NCBI GenBank assembly: GCA_964016885.1
Contig: OZ024742.1
Location: forward strand, 33,542,001-33,606,000
From: Eledone cirrhosa
Lineage: Eukaryota
Direction: 5' to 3'
DNA: 64,000 nt
Shown: piece after piece, positions 11,500-24,625 of the stretch
Position numbering within the stretch: the first letter of the stretch is position 1
How the letters are laid out: the number at the start of each line of letters is the position of its first letter
Translations under genes and position numbers: made by a program
The notes under the pieces: model-generated
Told to the model about the DNA's origin: nothing
What the model saw: only the letters and a program-made list of their open reading frames with translations
The model's database searches: none

Positions 11500-14400
11500 A
11501 TCATCATCATCATCATCATCATCATCACTGTTTTACGTCCGTTCTTTCATGCTAGCATGGGTTAGACGGGTTGTCCTGATGTGGGCAGTGTCTGGTCGGC
11601 TGACCATGCCTTGCTCATACAGGAACTGATTTGGCTTGATTTCTACAGCTGGATGCCCTTCCTAACACTAACCTCATTTACAGTGAGTGCTGGGTGCTTT
11701 TTCGTGGCGCCTACACGTCCACTTTACACTGAGGGCTGGGTGCTTTTTTGCGTGGCACCTCCACGACCACCTTGCAGTGGGAGGGTGTGGGGGCTTATTG
11801 TCTATATGCTTCAGCTTATAGCTTGGGGAGGTCGGGTACTCTGTATTACTGCGTGACGCCAGAGGTCACGGTCATGTGTCATTGCCTTTGAGAGGTGTAA
11901 TTGGGTAAGGTCGGCTTTTATCACCTTATCCCAGGTCATCTTGGGTCTCCCCACTCTGCGGTTTCCATCGACTTCTAGTGCTCTGTACCTTTTTATGCAG
12001 CTGTCATCCTTCATACGCATCACATGTCCATACCAACACAACCACCTCTCCTGCACACAGCATTTGATTCCTCTTATGCTCAGTCTCTCTCTCAATTCAT
12101 TTATGCTTTGTCGTTCACGTATATTACTATTACACATCCATCGGAGCATGCAGGCTTCGTTTCTCTCTAATCTACGTAAGTCTTTCACCTTCAGCGCCCA
12201 GGTCTCACTACCACCATGTAACATTGCTGTTCGGATACACGCATCACACAGTCTGCCTTTCATTTTGAGGGAAAAGCCTTTTGCAGCTAGCAGTCGCAGT
12301 AGTTCCCTGTACTTCTTCCATCCCGTTCTTACCCTAGTTATTGTTCTTTCTGAACACACCTCCGCTGCTAATTCGGTCACCTAGGTAGCGGAAGCTGTCT
12401 ACTGTCTCTACAGAGCCCTCCCAGAGATTGGTGGTACTTGTTTCCTGTGGCTGTTTGCTGCTTGCTGTCCCAGTACAGCTGCTGCATGTGAAGCCTACAT
12501 TCTTAATTAAGCTTCCTGAGATCCCGCTACATCTCTTGTGTACCCATTGTTTGCATTTGTGGCAGAGAATGGAGTTCCTACCTACATCTTTCCTACATAC
12601 TGAGCAAGGCCATTTCCCTGAGGGGATCTGGGTTCTGTTTTCTCGTCTACTTACAAGGACCTTAGTCTTTGTCATGTTGACTTTGCGACCCTTTCTTTCT
12701 AGTCCCTGCTTCCAAGTTTGGAATTTCTTCTCTAGTTCTACCATAGATTCAGCCATAAGTGTGAGGTCATCAGCATACAGGAGTTCCCATGGGCATCCAG
12801 TCTTAAACTCCTCCGTTATTGCCTGCAGGACTATGATGAACAGGAGAGGGCTAAGAACAGAGCCCTGGTGGACCCCAACCTGTACGCTAAATTCCTCGCT
12901 ATACTCATTGCTAATCCTAACTTTGCTGACTGCTCCCCTATACATGGCTTGTACAGCTTTCACAAGCCATTCATCTACTTCTAGTTTTCTAAGAGCCCAC
13001 CAGATTACTGCATGTGGAACTCTGTCAAAGGCTTTCTCGAGATCGACGAATGCCAGGTAGAGTGGCTTACTTTTAGCTAGGTACTTTTCCTGTAACTGCC
13101 TCACAAGGAAGAGGGCATCAGTGGTGCCTCTTCCTGGTACAAACCCAAATTGCATCTCATCTAGTTTCACCCGGTCCCTAATCAACTGTGCTATAACTCT
13201 TTCTGTTACTTTCATGACCTGGTCCATCAGCTTTATACCTCCATAGTTTCCTCTATCGAGTGCATCACCTTTACCTTTGTAGCAGTTGACAATGATGCTA
13301 CTGCACCAATCTTTTGGTATGACACCTTCTAGTATTACCTGGTTAACAACACGTGTGGTTATAGTGTGACCTACAGACCCAGATGCCTTCAGCATCTCGG
13401 CAGCTATACCCGATGGACCGGTTGCCTTCCCCATCTTCATATCTTTGATTGCCTTACTTACTACGCTGCTGCTGACTTGTACTGCTGGCCCCTCTATAGG
13501 GTCTACTTGGGGTAGGGTCTCTTTTTCCCATGCATTCTCCTCATTTAGTAATCTATCATAATGACTCTTCCATGCATCTTTCTTCTCAGCACTTGTGAGG
13601 GCAAGCTCACCTTTATCATTCCGGATACACTTCTCTCCAATGACATCACAATTCTCTCTGACACACTGCCTCGCAATCTTGAACACCTCCTGTTTCTGGT
13701 CCTCACATTGCAAAACATGCTTCAATTTTCTATCCTCTGCTTCCCTGCTAGCTAAGTATACTTGTCGCCTAGCTTCCTTCTTGATCTCTATGTAATGTAC
13801 CCTGCTCCCCCCGTTCTTCCATTCTTTCCATGCCTGTCTCTTGGCCTTAACTGCCTCATCTACCTTATTGTTCCACCACCAAGTCACTCTCCTCCTGCTT
13901 GTAGTCTTACTCCAGCCACAGACCTCATCCGTCGCCTCTAGTAAGTTATTTTTTAGGAACTCCCAGTGCTCTTCTACATTGAATGTCTCTATCTGTTCTT
14001 CTTTACTGTCGTAGGCGCTGAGTAAAATATCTTTAAATCTGTTACTGGTTGAGGGGTCTTTCAGCTTCCAGATCTTTCTTCTCCAGGTTGGCCTCTGTTT
14101 CCAGGTTCGTCTAGTTCTGATCGTGAGGTCACTGACAACTAAGCTATGTTGGAAGGTACATTCCTCACTAGGGAAGGCTTTTGTGTTTACGTCCATCTGT
14201 CACGTCCTCTGATGAGGATAAAATCTATCTGACTAGAATGCTCCCCTGATCTATAGGTGATCAAGTGGTTGTCGGGTTTTTTTAAGTTTGTGTTACATAT
14301 CGACATTTCATTGGCGTAGCAGAATTCTAGAAGTCTGAATCCTTCTTCATTTCTTGTGCCAACCCCATGGCCTCCATGGACTCTATTGAAGCCGTTACAG

Positions 14401-15109
14401 TGTTTACCTACGTGTCCGTTAAAATCTCCTGCGATGATTAGGAAGTCATTGTCGTTTGTTAGAGCAGTAGTGTGCATTAGGGACTCGTAAAATCTATCCT
14501 TAAGTTCGTCTGGCAACCCCGATTGGGGTGCGTAAGCTGATATTATTGTGGTAATTGTTTTATTCAGGACTAGTCGGAGTTTAATGATTCTTGCATTTAC
14601 CTTGTACACTGAGATTACTTTATCTACCCACTTGTCAGCTAGTAGTATACCTACACCACTCATCCCATCATCATTTCCCACCCAGAAAAATTTGTAGCAC
14701 TGACTTTTTCCTACAAGGACTCTAGCAGACTCTCCTCTCCATCTAGTCTCTTGCACACAGCATACATCAATTTCCTTTCACTCTAGCATCTCTACGATTT
14801 CTCCTGCTCTTCCTTTCATTGCGCTTACATTGATGGTACCAACTCGGAGTTTTGGGCATTTGTCGACACTCGTAGGGAAGGGTCGATTTTTGCAGGGGTG
14901 TGTGTGTGCTTCCACTCTCTGGATTGGGGCTTCACGTGGGTGCTAGGTAGCTTGCAGATTCATATTCATTTCATCTATTAATTCAGAGTTGCTCCATTTA
15001 TTCTCAGCTCATCCATCCATAACGGTAGGAAAATTCAGGGCTAGAAGAACAGTGGTGGTGGTAATAATGGCAGGGTGTGTTGGGCTGGGACGGGGGAGGA
15101 GAGAGTTAG

Positions 15110-15152
<43 letters not shown>

Positions 15153-15494
15153 AAGAAATGGCATGCTGAGGTTTGATTGGTCGAATAGGCTATGGTGGTG
15201 TCAGGGGGTGGTGGGAAATTGTGAGGTAGGCAGCCAGTCATGTCATCAAAATAACCTATAGAAGTGAATGCAGCATGGTAAGATAACCGATAGAAATGAA
15301 TACAGCTACAATAATAATAATAGCCAGTCATGGCCTGTAGCCTTTGATGGAAAAATAGACAGATAGAGGGTCAGCATGGTAGGGGAAAATGAGGATAACA
15401 AAATAAATGTGTTGTGGTAGCTGAAATACCTGACAAGATTTGTATGGATGGATGGCTGGAACGTAGCTAAATCCACTCTAATAATAGCCAGTCA
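11500..15494 (-). mobile_element. Near full-length RTE-clade LINE (AP endonuclease + RT + internal PHD finger), disrupted by a stop and two frameshifts; 5' boundary approximate
   Basis: VGTINV, VQETRW, ISAYAPQ, GDFNGH, SQIDFIL (APE); FVDLEKAFD, HQGSVLSP, LLYADD (RT); ORFs 14187-14756, 12334-14196, 11811-12380; (GAT)n tail at 11500-11526. Confidence 0.95.
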
Positions 15495-15497
15495 TAT

Positions 15498-15552
<55 letters not shown>

Positions 15553-15669
15553 TTTAATATTAATAACTCCAGAAAATTATATATCCGTTGAATGCTTCCA
15601 ATCTACTGTAAAACTCATTCTTTGACATAATCATTGAATATCGTTTAACACTTTAATATATATATATAT

Positions 15670-16247
15670 ATATGAGAAAAATGGAGAGCTGCGTGGTTGC
15701 ACATGGGTTACATATGAATAAAATTAGTCCTTCATCAGTGATCTTCCAACTTTCATTGGTATTTCATCGCTTTAAAAATCATATACCTCTAATTGGCGCG
15801 AGCGATAATAAATAAAGTTATTGGGACAAGTAAAATAGCGTGAAACGAGCGAGACATGTAAACAAACAACGATGGTATGGCAATGGAGAGATAGGAAGAC
15901 ACAAGCACATGGAATCTGTAAGCTTAAGCTTGGTGAATTCATGGGCAAGAGATACAGACCATCTGACATGGGTGAGATGTGAGCGAGAAAAGGATTTCAC
16001 ACAGGTCAAACGGGAGGAAGTGAGAGAGGGGGAGAAGCAGAAAGTGAGTGAGTGGAAGTATGAGGAAGAGACCAGCAGAGAGAGAGTGTGACTGGCAGAG
16101 GGGGTAAAAAGAGGAGAGAGAGTCAGAAAGAAACAGACAATCACAGCTGAGGAAAAAATATAAATATGAGAAAAATGGAGCGCTGCATGGTTGCACATGG
16201 ATTACATATGAATAAAATTAGTCCTTCATCAGTGATCTTCCAACTTA
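15670..16247. repeat. ~580-bp element bounded by ~80-bp direct repeats, set in TA microsatellite
   Basis: ATATGAGAAAAATGGAG...CTTCATCAGTGATCTTCCAACTT at about 15670-15751 and 16164-16246. Confidence 0.7.
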
Positions 16248-17879
16248 TATATATATAGTGGTAGAACACTGGAAGGTAATATCCATAGTGGTAGAGCACT
16301 CAGTCCATGGGACGAGTTAGGTAGAAGTGGTTACACAACAGTTACTTCACCACACCGAGAACAATTGTATATATTATTTTTAACATACCGTATTTCTTTA
16401 GAAATATGAAATTCCAATATATATATATATATGGGGATGTATGGGGCTATATAGGCAGGCGCCAGTGGACGTGTGTTGGTGTGTATATGGGTGTGGGTGT
16501 GCTTGGGTATATGTAAGAGAGGGAGTGTGTGTGTATATGTATATGGGTGTGTGTGTCTACACATGTGTGCGTACATATGTGTATGCATATATGTGTGTGT
16601 CTGCGTGTGTGTGTATGTGTATTTATATGTGTGTGTGTATGTGTGGGTATATATTTGTGAATGTGAGCAGATGTGTGAGATACCAAACCCAGCATGACTC
16701 CATTTAAGTGTGTCGGATGGAGAGTAGCTGATGACCAGTGTGGCAGCAAATAGTGACCAGAATTTATGATGACGTAGAAATACAACAGCCAATGGCAAGA
16801 CAAGAGTGGAAGATGTTTTTTTGAAGGTGTTTTTTGAAGCTATCACCCCAGTGAAAAAATTTGCTTCGAAAGCATTGCATGTGTCCGAAGAACCTGCAGT
16901 TGTAGAATCAGACAGATCCATACAATGATCATGTCTCGAGCTATCTGCTGGCGAAACAATTGTAACATGCAATAAACTGAGTCTAGATGCATCACTGATT
17001 TTTTGTTTTTTTATATTATTCACACTCTGCTCTGTAAGAACATTGAGTGCTCAACTGGCATACCGTCTGTGCAAGCACTATTAAATTCCCGCCGTTTTTA
17101 TTAAACAAATTATAACAACGGTGGAAATTTATGTTACAACCCAATATATGATTAATGTTTTTTGTGCTGATTATATGCATAACCGACTTTTCTATATTGA
17201 TTTCTTATGTGGTTGTGGAATTTGGCTCACGGTCGTAGGGCCGTGAGTTCAATTCCCGGAACAGCGCTGTCTCCTTGATCAAAACACTTTATTTCACATT
17301 GTTGTAGTAGTTCACTCAGCTGGCAAAAATGAGTTGCACCTGTAATTCGAAGGGCCAGACTTGTCACATTCTGTGTCATGTCGAATCTCCCTGAGAACCA
17401 CGTTAAGGATAAGCGTCCAGTCACAGAAAACAGGATAAAACTGGAATGTAAATAAACTAAATTTGGCCTTCAGTCTATTTAACAGGACTATAAATCAAAT
17501 TAAGTACTGACTTTGTCTTTGCAGACCCATCCAACCCATGCTTGCATGGAAGAACAGATTTTAAATGGTGATGATGATGATGGTGACATCTGTCTTAATA
17601 TTTAGGTAGCCCCAAATTGATACTGTGTAAAATATCTTGTCAAGTGGTCATCTCATGCCACCTAACTTTGTATTAATATATGTGGATTGACAGTATCGGT
17701 AGAGGGTTGGACAACATGTTTTGTAGCATAGTTACGGCCCTTTACGTTCCGAGTTCAAATCCCGTTGAGGTTAACTTTGCCTTTCATCTTTACGGGGTCG
17801 ATAAAATAAAGTACCAGTAATGTACTGGGGTAATTGCTGACCTTGCGCCAAAAGTAGAAACAATTAATGTTTTATCACT

Positions 17880-18167
17880 TTCTGCGAAAAATGGAAGATA
17901 GACTTGAAGCGAGATTTAAAAGAAAATGTTGTTGTGGAAACAGCGAGTGACCAGATAATGTTTGTTGGTGGTTGCAGTCCGTGGTAGTAGTTCTCGTCGT
18001 GCTTGAATTCTCTCTCTCTTGGTACCGGCTATTTATATCCCCAGCTTCCTGTCCCCTGCCTCGAGGAATCGCCCATGCATCAACTTGTTTATGGCAAAAG
18101 GGTGGTGACCTAGAATTTGACCTTTAGGTGTCACCCAGGGCTCGAGGTGTGGACAGGTTTTGCTACA
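17880..18167 (-). mobile_element. Short solo-LTR-like remnant related to 48692-49467
   Basis: 18095-18167 matches 49395-49467 and ends ...GCTACA; minus-strand TATAAATA near 18030. Confidence 0.5.
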
Positions 18168-18501
18168 GACTTCGTAAAAAACTGTAAGCCTTATTACCTG
18201 AAGATATATACTTTTACATAAAGCCCTGTTTTTATGTAGCCCTGTTGGCATCAGCTTATCTCTTACTGGTCAGTTTAAAAAATGTTCTTGCAAAGAGCAT
18301 TCATCCTTTATCCTGCAAGATTGTTTTCCCTATTATTTTGCTTACACAACCCTACCCAACCACATGCAATACACCTAAATTATCTAAACACATCACACAA
18401 AATACAAATACCTGGTCAAATCGAAATGAAAACCACAACAGAAAAAAACTCATACATATATGTATGTGTGTTTATTAATGTTTCTTTACTTTCAGTGAAA
18501 G

Positions 18502-18729
18502 ATGGAAGACACACTTCATAAATACTGGGATACTTATATATCTGAAGAGATGTACTCTTACATAAAGCCCTGTTTTTATGTAACCTTGTTGGTATCAGGC
18601 ACTGCTTTACTGGTCAGTTTAATAAACAAAAGCCGCATGCGTCTGAAAGTCAAAGAAGCTATAAAGGATGCTCGCAGAAAACGTAGTGAGCAGATTATAT
18701 CTCTGAAAGAAAGGTTAGAGAAGTCAAGT
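18502..18729 (+). CDS. FAAH: FAAH coding exon 1 (N-terminal TM anchor)
   Basis: ATG at 18502 just after acceptor TTTCAG (ends 18495, implying an upstream UTR exon); hydrophobic PCFYVTLLVSGTALLVSLI then a basic stretch; donor GTAAGT. Confidence 0.85.
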
Positions 18730-19221
18730 GTAAGTATTTGAATTGCTTTCTACTTTCTTTTATCTCTTAGACATTTCTGTCCGCTTTATATTTTTATTGC
18801 TTAATGTAGCTCTGTAGGTGGTGAGAGTGCTAAATATACAGGTAACTGGTGAAAGGGGACGTTAGTTGTGGGAGTGCTAAAGATACAGGGAACTGATAAA
18901 AAGGGATGTTAGTGGTGGGAGTGGTAAAGATAGAGGGAGCTGATAAAAGGGGACATTAGTGGTGGAAGTGCTAAAGATATAGGGAACTGGTGAAAGTTTA
19001 ACTGGTTGAGACAAGTCAGATTCAATTATCCTTTCATAGGGAATTAAACAGAATTTTATCAAAATATTAAATTGACCAAATCATTTGGTCAAAATCAAAC
19101 TTGTAAATCCAGGAATGCAACAAAAAATATTATTTAAACCATTGAAAAACTATTTTTTATTTTTCATTGATTTCATTCAAAGTGTTTTTTTCATTTTTTT
19201 TTTTCATTCTTTGTGTTTCAG

Positions 19222-19335
19222 CTTACCGAAGAATTGAGAAACACAATTCTATCATTGGACATTGTTCAACTACAGAAGCAACTCAAACAGCGTTCATTAA
19301 AAGCTATTGATGTTCTTCATGCTTATCAGTACAAG
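19222..19335 (+). CDS. FAAH: FAAH coding exon 2
   Basis: LTEELRNTILSLDIVQLQKQLKQRSLKAIDVLHAYQYK; 114 nt, phase 0/0. Confidence 0.92.
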
Positions 19336-20455
19336 GTTATCAAATTTTTATTTATTGACTAATTTTTCTGTTCATTTATTAAAAACATATTTAGATTTAT
19401 TTTTTTTTCTGTAAAGATCTCTTTTGGGCTTCTGCATGGTTTTTATCTACCAAATTTCATCCAATACTGTGTGCATCTTCTTCTTTTTCTTTTACTTCTT
19501 TTTTCTTTTCTTTTTTCTTTCTTTCTTTTTTTCTTTTTCTTTTTGTTTTCTTTTTCTTTTTTGTCTTTCTTTTTCTTTCTTTTTCTTCTTGGGTGGGTCA
19601 TAGGGGCAGAGTCCTTAAGCATGCCTTAAGGACTCTGGGGTCTCCTGCCTGTTAGTTTTGCCCATAAAATCTGTCCACCAATTTTTTCCAGAAGCATTCT
19701 TACCCCATGTCCATAATATTAGAGCCATGATCTCTCAATTCAGAGAAGTAGAGGCTCTACCTGGAGTGACTATGTGATCTCACAGCTACACAGTCTATTG
19801 TATAACGTTATTCCTAAGACCCTTTAGAGGAAACCCATTTTGACCACTTGTATTCATGATCCTATTCTTTTGGTCAGTACTCAAGATTCATGACAATAGG
19901 TAAGGGTTGGCACGAATACCTAATTGAAGATAGTAAGTTTAGCTTTTTCACCTACCTCCCTTCTGATTATCGAATACTAAAGCTGGCACATTACTGCACC
20001 AGCTCCTGCAATTCTTACACTTAATTTAGCCTCCTGCTTTCCTTTACTCATGAACATGGCCTCAAGATACTTGAACTTTTCCACCTGCTTCAGTGATGAC
20101 CTGATTGTATTATTTAGTTAGCAACTTTTATGTTTCAAATTCAAACTCTACTGAAGTTTATCTTTCACCCTCTTGGAGACTGATATAATAACTACAGTAA
20201 TATTCAATGGGTGGGAGTTAAACAACCTTACCTACCACCTACCAAAATGATTGACCTTTTGTCAATGTTAAAGGTCATCAATGACCATGGGTTTTGTACA
20301 TAGAAAAATTCCACTATGAGTCATAAGCTTTGGCAGAGTATTTTTGTGGAAGACCAGCAGTCACCTAAGCATGCCTGTCTCCCATTTCCATGCCACCAAT
20401 GTACAATTATATTAATGATTATTTAGCATGTTTAACCTTTGATCTTCTATTGTAG

Positions 20456-20512
20456 GCACTTGAAGCACAAAAGAAAACCAATTGCTTAGTTGAAATAATT
20501 GCTGAAGCTGAG
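20456..20512 (+). CDS. FAAH: FAAH coding exon 3
   Basis: ALEAQKKTNCLVEIIAEAE (TNC motif); 57 nt. Confidence 0.9.
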
Positions 20513-20560
20513 GTAATAAGATATTATCTATTTAGTGTTTGTTCTCTAAGTTGACCTATG

Positions 20561-20595
<35 letters not shown>

Positions 20596-22660
20596 ATATA
20601 TAAATACTATGTATTATTCTATGTAGTGAAGGCACATAACTTATTGGTTAGAGAGTTGGATTCCCTATCTTGAGGTTGCAATTCGCGGGGCTGAGCAATG
20701 TGTTATATTTTTGAGCAAGACACTTTATTTCATGTTGCTTCTTCTGCCAGGAGTTGCAACTGTTAGATAATATTATCTCTACTTTTGGCACAAGGCCAGC
20801 AATTACCGAGTACATTACTGGTACTTTATTTTATCGACCCTGTAAGGATGAAAGGCAAAGTTAACCTCGACGGGATTTGAACTCAGACTGTAATGGGACG
20901 TAACTCTGCTAGAAAGCATGGCATCCAATCCTCTACCAATACTGCCAATTCACTGCCATTGTTAGATAATATTAACAATTAGAAAGACTAATGGAAACAT
21001 TGTTTTCCTGGTCTAGTTTGATGAGGTTCACCCCACTTGGTAAATGAGGTCTGGGATCTTATCGATTCATTTGTATTCTATGTACTGTTTTATTGTTCTA
21101 TGCAACCTCTCTCTGTTATATGTACTGATTGTGTATGCAGTTGTTTCATATGTATTTTGTGTGTATTTGAAGTATTATATATGATGATATATCATCCTCA
21201 TCATCATTTTATGACTGTTTTTCATGCTGGCTTGAGTAGAGCAGGTTGTCAACATCTGAGTGTAGATGAGGTCTGAGGGCCACACTATACTCAAATATTT
21301 CATTTTGACATGGTTTCTATGATTGGATGCCTTTTCTAATGCAAACCACTTTACAAAGTTTATTGCATGCATTTTATCATGGCACCAGTACACCCACTTT
21401 GCTGGGTGTACTGAGGGCATTTTATGTACTCAACAAGACTGAAATGTCTTCTCTACCATATGTTGTCTCTGATCACCAACGACTGGAGGAGAAATGTTGC
21501 TGTTTAACTCCAGGTTAGCCTTGATTGAACAGGTTTATGATCAAAGGTGTTCCAGCCATGAATATGCTGTTTTCTTTTTCTTGCATATTTAGAACAACAA
21601 AAGCTAAATATTCTAAGGTGGCTGATGTCAAATCATTAAATAAAATGTGATTACTTCACCTGTTAGAAATAGCAACCAAATCTCTCTTGAATGAGACTGT
21701 ATCATCTTCAAAATGCTTGCATTGGATAATATAGTCTAAAATACATTGTTTACAAAATGAAAGGAGGGTGGGGTAGTGAAATTCTCATGTCTAGAATGTA
21801 ATTGAGCATTGCTCTCTTGATCTGTGATTACCTAATCAAAACAACAAAAACAATATGTTCTGCCTTACTCTCACTAATTTGACTACTGTAAACATGCAAC
21901 TACTACCCTCTCCTTGTCTCATCACCGTCCATCATCAGGCAATGGCATTGTTTACCTTGTGCAGTGATACCTAGGTATCTATGTTCAGATCTATATTGCA
22001 ATGCCACTAATATAGAGTTATGTATACAGTGGATATATTTATGGTTTGTCGAAACTATGTAGTTTAAATGTAATCTTAGATGAGATATATTATTTAGGCA
22101 CAGTTGTAATGTGTATTGTATTAAATTGGTTGGAAAGAAAGTTGTTGTCATTTCACATCAGTGCGATTATATGAAATTATGTTCAAAGGTGTTTCAGCCA
22201 TAGTTATGCTGTTGTATTTTTTTTTTTTTGTATATTTAGGACAACATTATGCTTTGCCTTACCATTTTTAAGACAGTGGGTTGTCATTTCATGCATTTAT
22301 AATGAAATACATTCTATTTTCATTAATGAACTTTGAGTGATTTATCAAAATTATTAATTATTCCATCACTAAGAAAATTATGTTAGAAGATTTTACCTTA
22401 TATAGCAATGAGAATATTGCAAATGCTTCATTCTTGTCTTAGTACTGAGTGAGTAAATGTCACCAATGATGGATAAAAATCCTGGAACACTTGTGTCTGG
22501 CATTCTCTTGAGGCTAGAGATAGCTGTAACATACATCATATAGTGAGACATGTATATTTATTATCCATTAAGATATTGTATATAGCTTCATATGAATCAA
22601 GCTAAGTTAGTGTTTTTACTAATGTAAAATATATGTTAATTATTTTGGTTATTTCCCCAG

Positions 22661-22750
22661 GAATTAGCTCTGAAGTGTGATTCTTTGCCATCTGTGACCA
22701 AATCTCTTCATGGAATTCCAATTAGTCTCAAAGAAACTACAGTCTGCAAG
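22661..22750 (+). CDS. FAAH: FAAH coding exon 4 (catalytic Lys)
   Basis: ELALKCDSLPSVTKSLHGIPISLKETTVCK; LHGIPISLKE motif; 90 nt. Confidence 0.95.
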
Positions 22751-23321
22751 GTTGGTTTCTGATTTGATAATTTATTTTTAATAATTGTTTCTACTTTTGG
22801 CACAAGGCCAGCAATTATCCAGTACATTACTGGTACTTTATTTTATCGATACTGTCAGGATGAAAGGCAAAGTTAACCTCGGCGGGTTTTGAACTCAGAA
22901 AGGCAAGGGTTGTAACTCTATGCGTCAAAGCATGGCGTCCGAACCTCTACCGATACTGCCAATCCAATAATGTACATCAGTTTCCCAACATGGTCTGTGT
23001 TGCCCATTTGAGTGTATTTGGAGTTTTGAGGACAGTAAGCAAAATTATATTATGGGAGGCTCGGCAAAGAGAAAATTTGTATATCATCATCAGTAAATTT
23101 GATTATATTTTAATAGATTGAAAAATGTTTTGTAATTTAAAATAGTTTGGTTTAGAAATGTATAGATGATCCAATATGTTATTCATACTAGGATGCATGT
23201 CATGAACTAAGACTCAAAGATCTTCCATGGTAAACCTGACATCTTTCTTGGCATGGTGAGAATTAAACTTAAAATAAATATAAACATTTAGTAAGTTTAT
23301 TTTGAAACAGCAAGCGAAGTT

Positions 23322-23532
23322 TGAAATTTAGTATAAATAGAAGCTTTTACTGTATTTTTGACTAAATAGTGAGTTTAGAACCTCTAAAAAACGAAAAAGG
23401 ATGAGTATTGATGGACATGTACGTCAATACTCATCCTTTTCCATTTTTTAGAGGGTTTTAAAACATACTATCAAGCTAAAAAATTTCTTTAGTTAAAAAT
23501 ATGGCGAAAGCTTCTATTTCTACTAAATTTCA
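23322..23532. repeat. Imperfect palindromic MITE-like hairpin
   Basis: TGAAATTTAGTATAAATAGAAGCTTT...AAAGCTTCTATTTCTACTAAATTTCA, with inner stem AAAAGGATGAGTATTGA/TCAATACTCATCCTTTT. Confidence 0.75.
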
Positions 23533-23689
23533 TTTACATTTATTTTTAGTTTAATTACAGCCACTATCTTTATTATATGAAAGTCAGGGAATTTTGGGTG
23601 GTTGCACTGAGTGTGTAGGTGCATGGCCAAATACACAATAGGGTCATAGTCACTGCAGATAATAATTTTTTTTATTATACAGAATTTAT

Positions 23690-24050
23690 GTAATATGATG
23701 GCTGCAGTTTGATAATATCTATTCTCTCCATACCAGTGATTAGTGTGGGTTGGTGGTTTGTTTATAGAAAATACAAGTGTGGGTCTGTGGTAGTTAAATG
23801 GGAAATAAGGGTGGTGTCTGAGATCAAGTATTGGCATTTAGTTAATATCTGGCTTGGGTTTGGCATTGGCTTTGATTTTCTGAGTGTGTTTTGTTAATAG
23901 GTTAGGGTAAATGATGGTCTTATTTCGTGGGTAGCTCTAGTTTGTTCTAGATGTATTTACATTCAAGTTTGGGCAAGTGATGGTCTTATTTAATTACGGA
24001 TAAAAATTATGAAGACAGTAGTAAGTTTGAAACTAATACCAAATATACAC
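23690..24050 (-). mobile_element. Penelope-like RT fragment, decayed
   Basis: PILDL...FSINKPPTHTN resembles the Penelope LPFLD...YRKPTHT motif. Confidence 0.4.
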
Positions 24051-24496
24051 GTATATAAGTTGAGAAATATGTGATAAAAAATAATTGATGATAAAAATGG
24101 GGATAGACTTATATTTGTCGTTAGTAATTTTCTGATTTTCAACAACTTCAACATCTATGTAAAAAAAGCACCAACATATTTGGAATGATTGCTTTACACA
24201 CCCCTCTCTCTAAATAAATAAATAAACAAAATTTGTTTTCGCTCTAACATGGTGGATACATAAATGGATTCATGAGTGAATAAAAATATTACTAATATTT
24301 GGTTCATTTGGAAGCAAACAGCCTTGTGTTCAAAACAACTAACATCATCCTTTTGTTCCAGCAGTAGCAGAGAGAAAAACAAGCTATAATTGTTTCAGTG
24401 TTATTGCCCCTTATCAAGATTGTGTATTTCTCTCTTTTCTGCTATACTCTAGATCTCTTGAGAATATATAGTATTCTTTAAAGTATACATTGGCTG

Positions 24497-24625
24497 ATTA
24501 GCCTAATTTGAATAATGAGCGATTTTATGGCTGGCCTTGCTGAAATGCATTTAGAGAAAATAAATTTGTTTTTAATTTTGGGCAAAGTCAGCCGTAAAAT
24601 CGATCAGTATGCAAATTAGGCTAAT
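24497..24625. repeat. Small inverted-repeat element
   Basis: ATTAGCCTAATTTG...CAAATTAGGCTAAT with imperfect internal pairing. Confidence 0.7.

Noticed and set aside
12428-13060. Antisense ORFs over the LINEs (also 11941-12384, 32836-33198, 33256-33663)
   Set aside because: Shadow frames of RT coding sequence with no independent motifs
12334-14196. 620-aa RT ORF as a domesticated gene or retron/DGR-type system
   Set aside because: It is the middle piece of a frameshifted RTE LINE with APE domain, 3'UTR and (GAT)n tail, and has several relatives in the window
16331-17023. 230-aa minus-strand ORF
   Set aside because: The C-terminal half is a translated (CA/TA) microsatellite and the N-terminal half has no motif or splice support I can recognise
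18818-18995. ~47-bp degenerate repeat x4 in the intron after coding exon 1
   Set aside because: Ordinary old minisatellite with no further structure
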